The position numbers and the translations under genes were made by a program. The notes below the pieces were generated by a model, which saw only the letters and a program-made list of their open reading frames with translations, made no database searches and was not told the origin of the DNA. Below are positions 61,301-64,000 of a stretch of DNA of 64,000 bases, piece by piece (the stretch's first letter is position 1; each line of letters begins with the position of its first letter). The DNA is from Azolla caroliniana (taxonomy: Eukaryota; Plantae; Polypodiophyta): contig JBHGNT010000003.1 in the NCBI GenBank assembly GCA_043228905.1, positions 18,600,001 through 18,664,000 of the forward strand, in the 5' to 3' direction.

Positions 61301-61676
61301 TTTTGTTGTGTATGTTCGTCCACTACACTTTGGTAGTTGTTGCACGTTCAAGAATAATAGTGGATTTCAACATCGTAGCACACCTAGCTCAATAAACAAG
61401 GATGCCTGACCGTTAATATAATTATGGATTTGTGTGAAGCACAAAAACCATACAAAATAACTTATCATCACCAAACCCAATCCCATATCTGAACCATGTA
61501 AAACGTCCATTTTTCCATTAAAAACCCAAAACTACATGCCTGCCGACATTATTTATATTTGTGTATGTTTGCCTTTGCCTGATGTGTGTGTGTGTGTGAG
61601 CACATACATGATAATCCACTAATACCCACCTCCAATGTAAAATGGCATGCAATTTACAAATCTTAATACTTGTGCA

Positions 61677-61680
<4 letters not shown>

Positions 61681-61707
<27 letters not shown>
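61681..61707. repeat. Poly-C tract (27 nt)
   Basis: Directly visible homopolymer. Confidence 0.9.
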
Positions 61708-64000
61708 ACCTTACAAATGCAATAACGGAAATACATGGCTTGCCTATCTCGAATGTGTACATTAGCGCTTAGAATATATGTACATATTGATGTGTTTCTT
61801 ATGATATTCATTCTTGTAAAAGAAAAACAAAAACAAAAACGAGCATGCATGCCCCATGCACACATCACATCAACATGCATGCCCCCATTCCATATCCTTG
61901 TGTTTTTTGAATTACAAGAAAATTCGTAGCTTTTATAGCCATAAGCTTGTAATTTATAAGCATAGAAGAATGAACAATAATAGGCATTAGTAGTGCTAAT
62001 TTGAGTCAATGAGAAAGTTACACACCGACACAAATGCATGGACACACACACACACAAGATAAGCATGATGGTGTAATGCCAAAGGTAATATTTAAAGTAC
62101 ACTAAAACACCAAACCATTCATTTTGAGAATAAATGAACTTGCTCAAGCTATGGTCTAGACTCTAACATTGTAGTTTTTTTCTACACAACAAAGTTTATG
62201 GAGAGCAAAAGGGCCCTATGCTCTATGTAGAGTCTCACATAACATCCATTATCTAAAAAATGCTCCTAAGAGGAAGGGTGTCCTCAATTCTACTCTAAAA
62301 TGGTAATCAAATGTAGTTTGGTGATAATCTATCATGATTTACTTGTTTTCTCTCTCTATTTCATCATATTCTTACCTTTTGTATCAGGGTCATAGCTAGA
62401 GGCAAGCCAATTTTTTATTAACCCACTCATCCTAGCTCAAAACATGCAATGTTCATTGCTTACTAGATGCCCTTGCATATGTAGGGGTTGACCGCGTGAC
62501 CTTCTAGTCTTTGTTGGAGAATATGCAAGTTTTATGCTCGTTTTTCCATTGTGAGGGTTCAAAATTTTGCTCTTCTAATGTTTTAGAAATAACTAAAGCT
62601 TGAAAGTTTGACCCAATATAAATTTTCTGAATTTGAAAATATATTAGCAAGATTGTCCTATAGTTAATAAAGGCATAGTTTGATGGTGGTAATATAAGTC
62701 ATAATGCATGCTAATATCTACCTACATATTCATCTATCTTTCAAAAAAGCATGTCTTTCCAAAGAGTGACGCTACTTTGTTCACTTTCACTTTTTCATTT
62801 TTTTCATGAAACCTTTTCTTTTTTACATTTTGAATGTAATGCAATGTGAGAAAGTAACTTCATTCTCCAGATGTAAGTTAACTCATTTGGCAATGTTCAA
62901 GTTCCATAATTGCTAAAAATGTGTATGCGCTATGTTTTCGAATACTCTGATGTATTCGACATGTATTATTTGTTTTAGAACTGCCATTTTATAGTATTTC
63001 ACATATTCCACGTATTCTAAGTGTTCAACATATTCTACATCTTTAACAAGTATTTGAAGTTTCTAAAAACTTTAAAAATGCTAAAATTAATTATAAAAAA
63101 CTTTAAAATTTAGAAAGTGTTTAATATATTTTACACATACCTAACATTGGCACCAAAGTAACCTACGGGATTGTTTCCAAGTTGTTTCTTCTTTTTAAGG
63201 GTTCAAATCCGAAGGATTCCAAAAGCTCAAAAATCTCAATGGAAGACGAAAGAAAAGGGATTGGGATTCACGAACTTTACTTTTTATGGTGCCCACGATT
63301 TTTTGTTTGGCATCTAAAAATCAATATGCTATCACATTTGTACGACCTTCTCCTTTCATTGAGGAGTTATATCCTTCTGATAAGGTTTTACTTTTACTAT
63401 CCCCATGAACCCATGTTCAATTCTACGGTCTACATATGTGCACTATTGTACTAGATGCTGATGCAAGATTTTAAAATACTTATTAAAATATATTATCAAA
63501 ACAGTTCACCAAATTTGACTTAGAATAACGATTAACACAATAGCAATTAATACCAAAACCTCTACACTAATTATAGTGTATTGAAGTTACTATAGTTAAT
63601 TGATTTAGTATTAAAATTACTTGCAAAGTTAAGCTCAATAAATTCTCCATCCCAAAGTTATGTAACAAACTCAAATGTGCTTGAAGGTGAGCATTATAGT
63701 AGAGCATGATACTCAAAGTTACCAACCTATTTGGGGTAAAGAATACATGGTTGATAACACTCCTTGTTGGAGCCCCAACACACTATCTTTTACATATTTT
63801 AGAATGTGAGCTAAGGTGTATTGAAAGGATGGTGGGAATTGCAAACAAGGGGATAGATTTTACCATGTATGAGTGCAATTTTCCCCTTTAGATAAAAAAA
63901 CAAAATGCTTCCCATATGCTTATTTTGTTTTGCACATGTTCCTAGATACTTTTTATGGCTATCTTTTATTTGGTATTAAGTACCATTCATATGCTTCACC

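Noticed and set aside
61518-62147. 209-aa ORF
   Set aside because: It is built from simple repeats (poly-G, CA/TG runs) with no recognisable domain.

Overview
Eukaryotic, plant-like DNA. The retroelement mix is compatible with a seed-free vascular plant such as a fern or lycophyte, but that is inference only. Bases 1 to ~51.4 kb are a dense, multi-level nest of decayed transposons. There are two main copia groups: Tnt1/Tork-like family A, and families B/C/D/G, which carry a doubled polypurine tract. There are also three distinct Ty3/gypsy lineages, three solo LTRs, two hAT-type non-autonomous elements and one 5'-truncated RTEX-like LINE with an uninterrupted 738-aa ORF. I resolved LTR ends, PBS, PPT and target-site duplications (TSDs) by eye for most elements. 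The only host gene I can support is a minus-strand two-exon DUF3527 gene (57238-54962 + 54768-54628, ~805 aa). The most unusual signals are: (i) two related gypsy elements with a tRNA-Ala PBS and 4-bp TSD, inserted at the same ATAT register in neighbouring units of a 44-bp AT-rich minisatellite; (ii) nine TTAACCATGGTTAA palindromes with unique spacers upstream of the DUF3527 gene; (iii) three tRNA-like A-box/B-box modules upstream of a fungal-type gypsy gag; (iv) copia families with a duplicated PPT and an ORF-like spacer that was twice hit by family A; (v) a tandem rearrangement at 6.3-12.2 kb. No database searches were run, so family assignments come from motif recognition.
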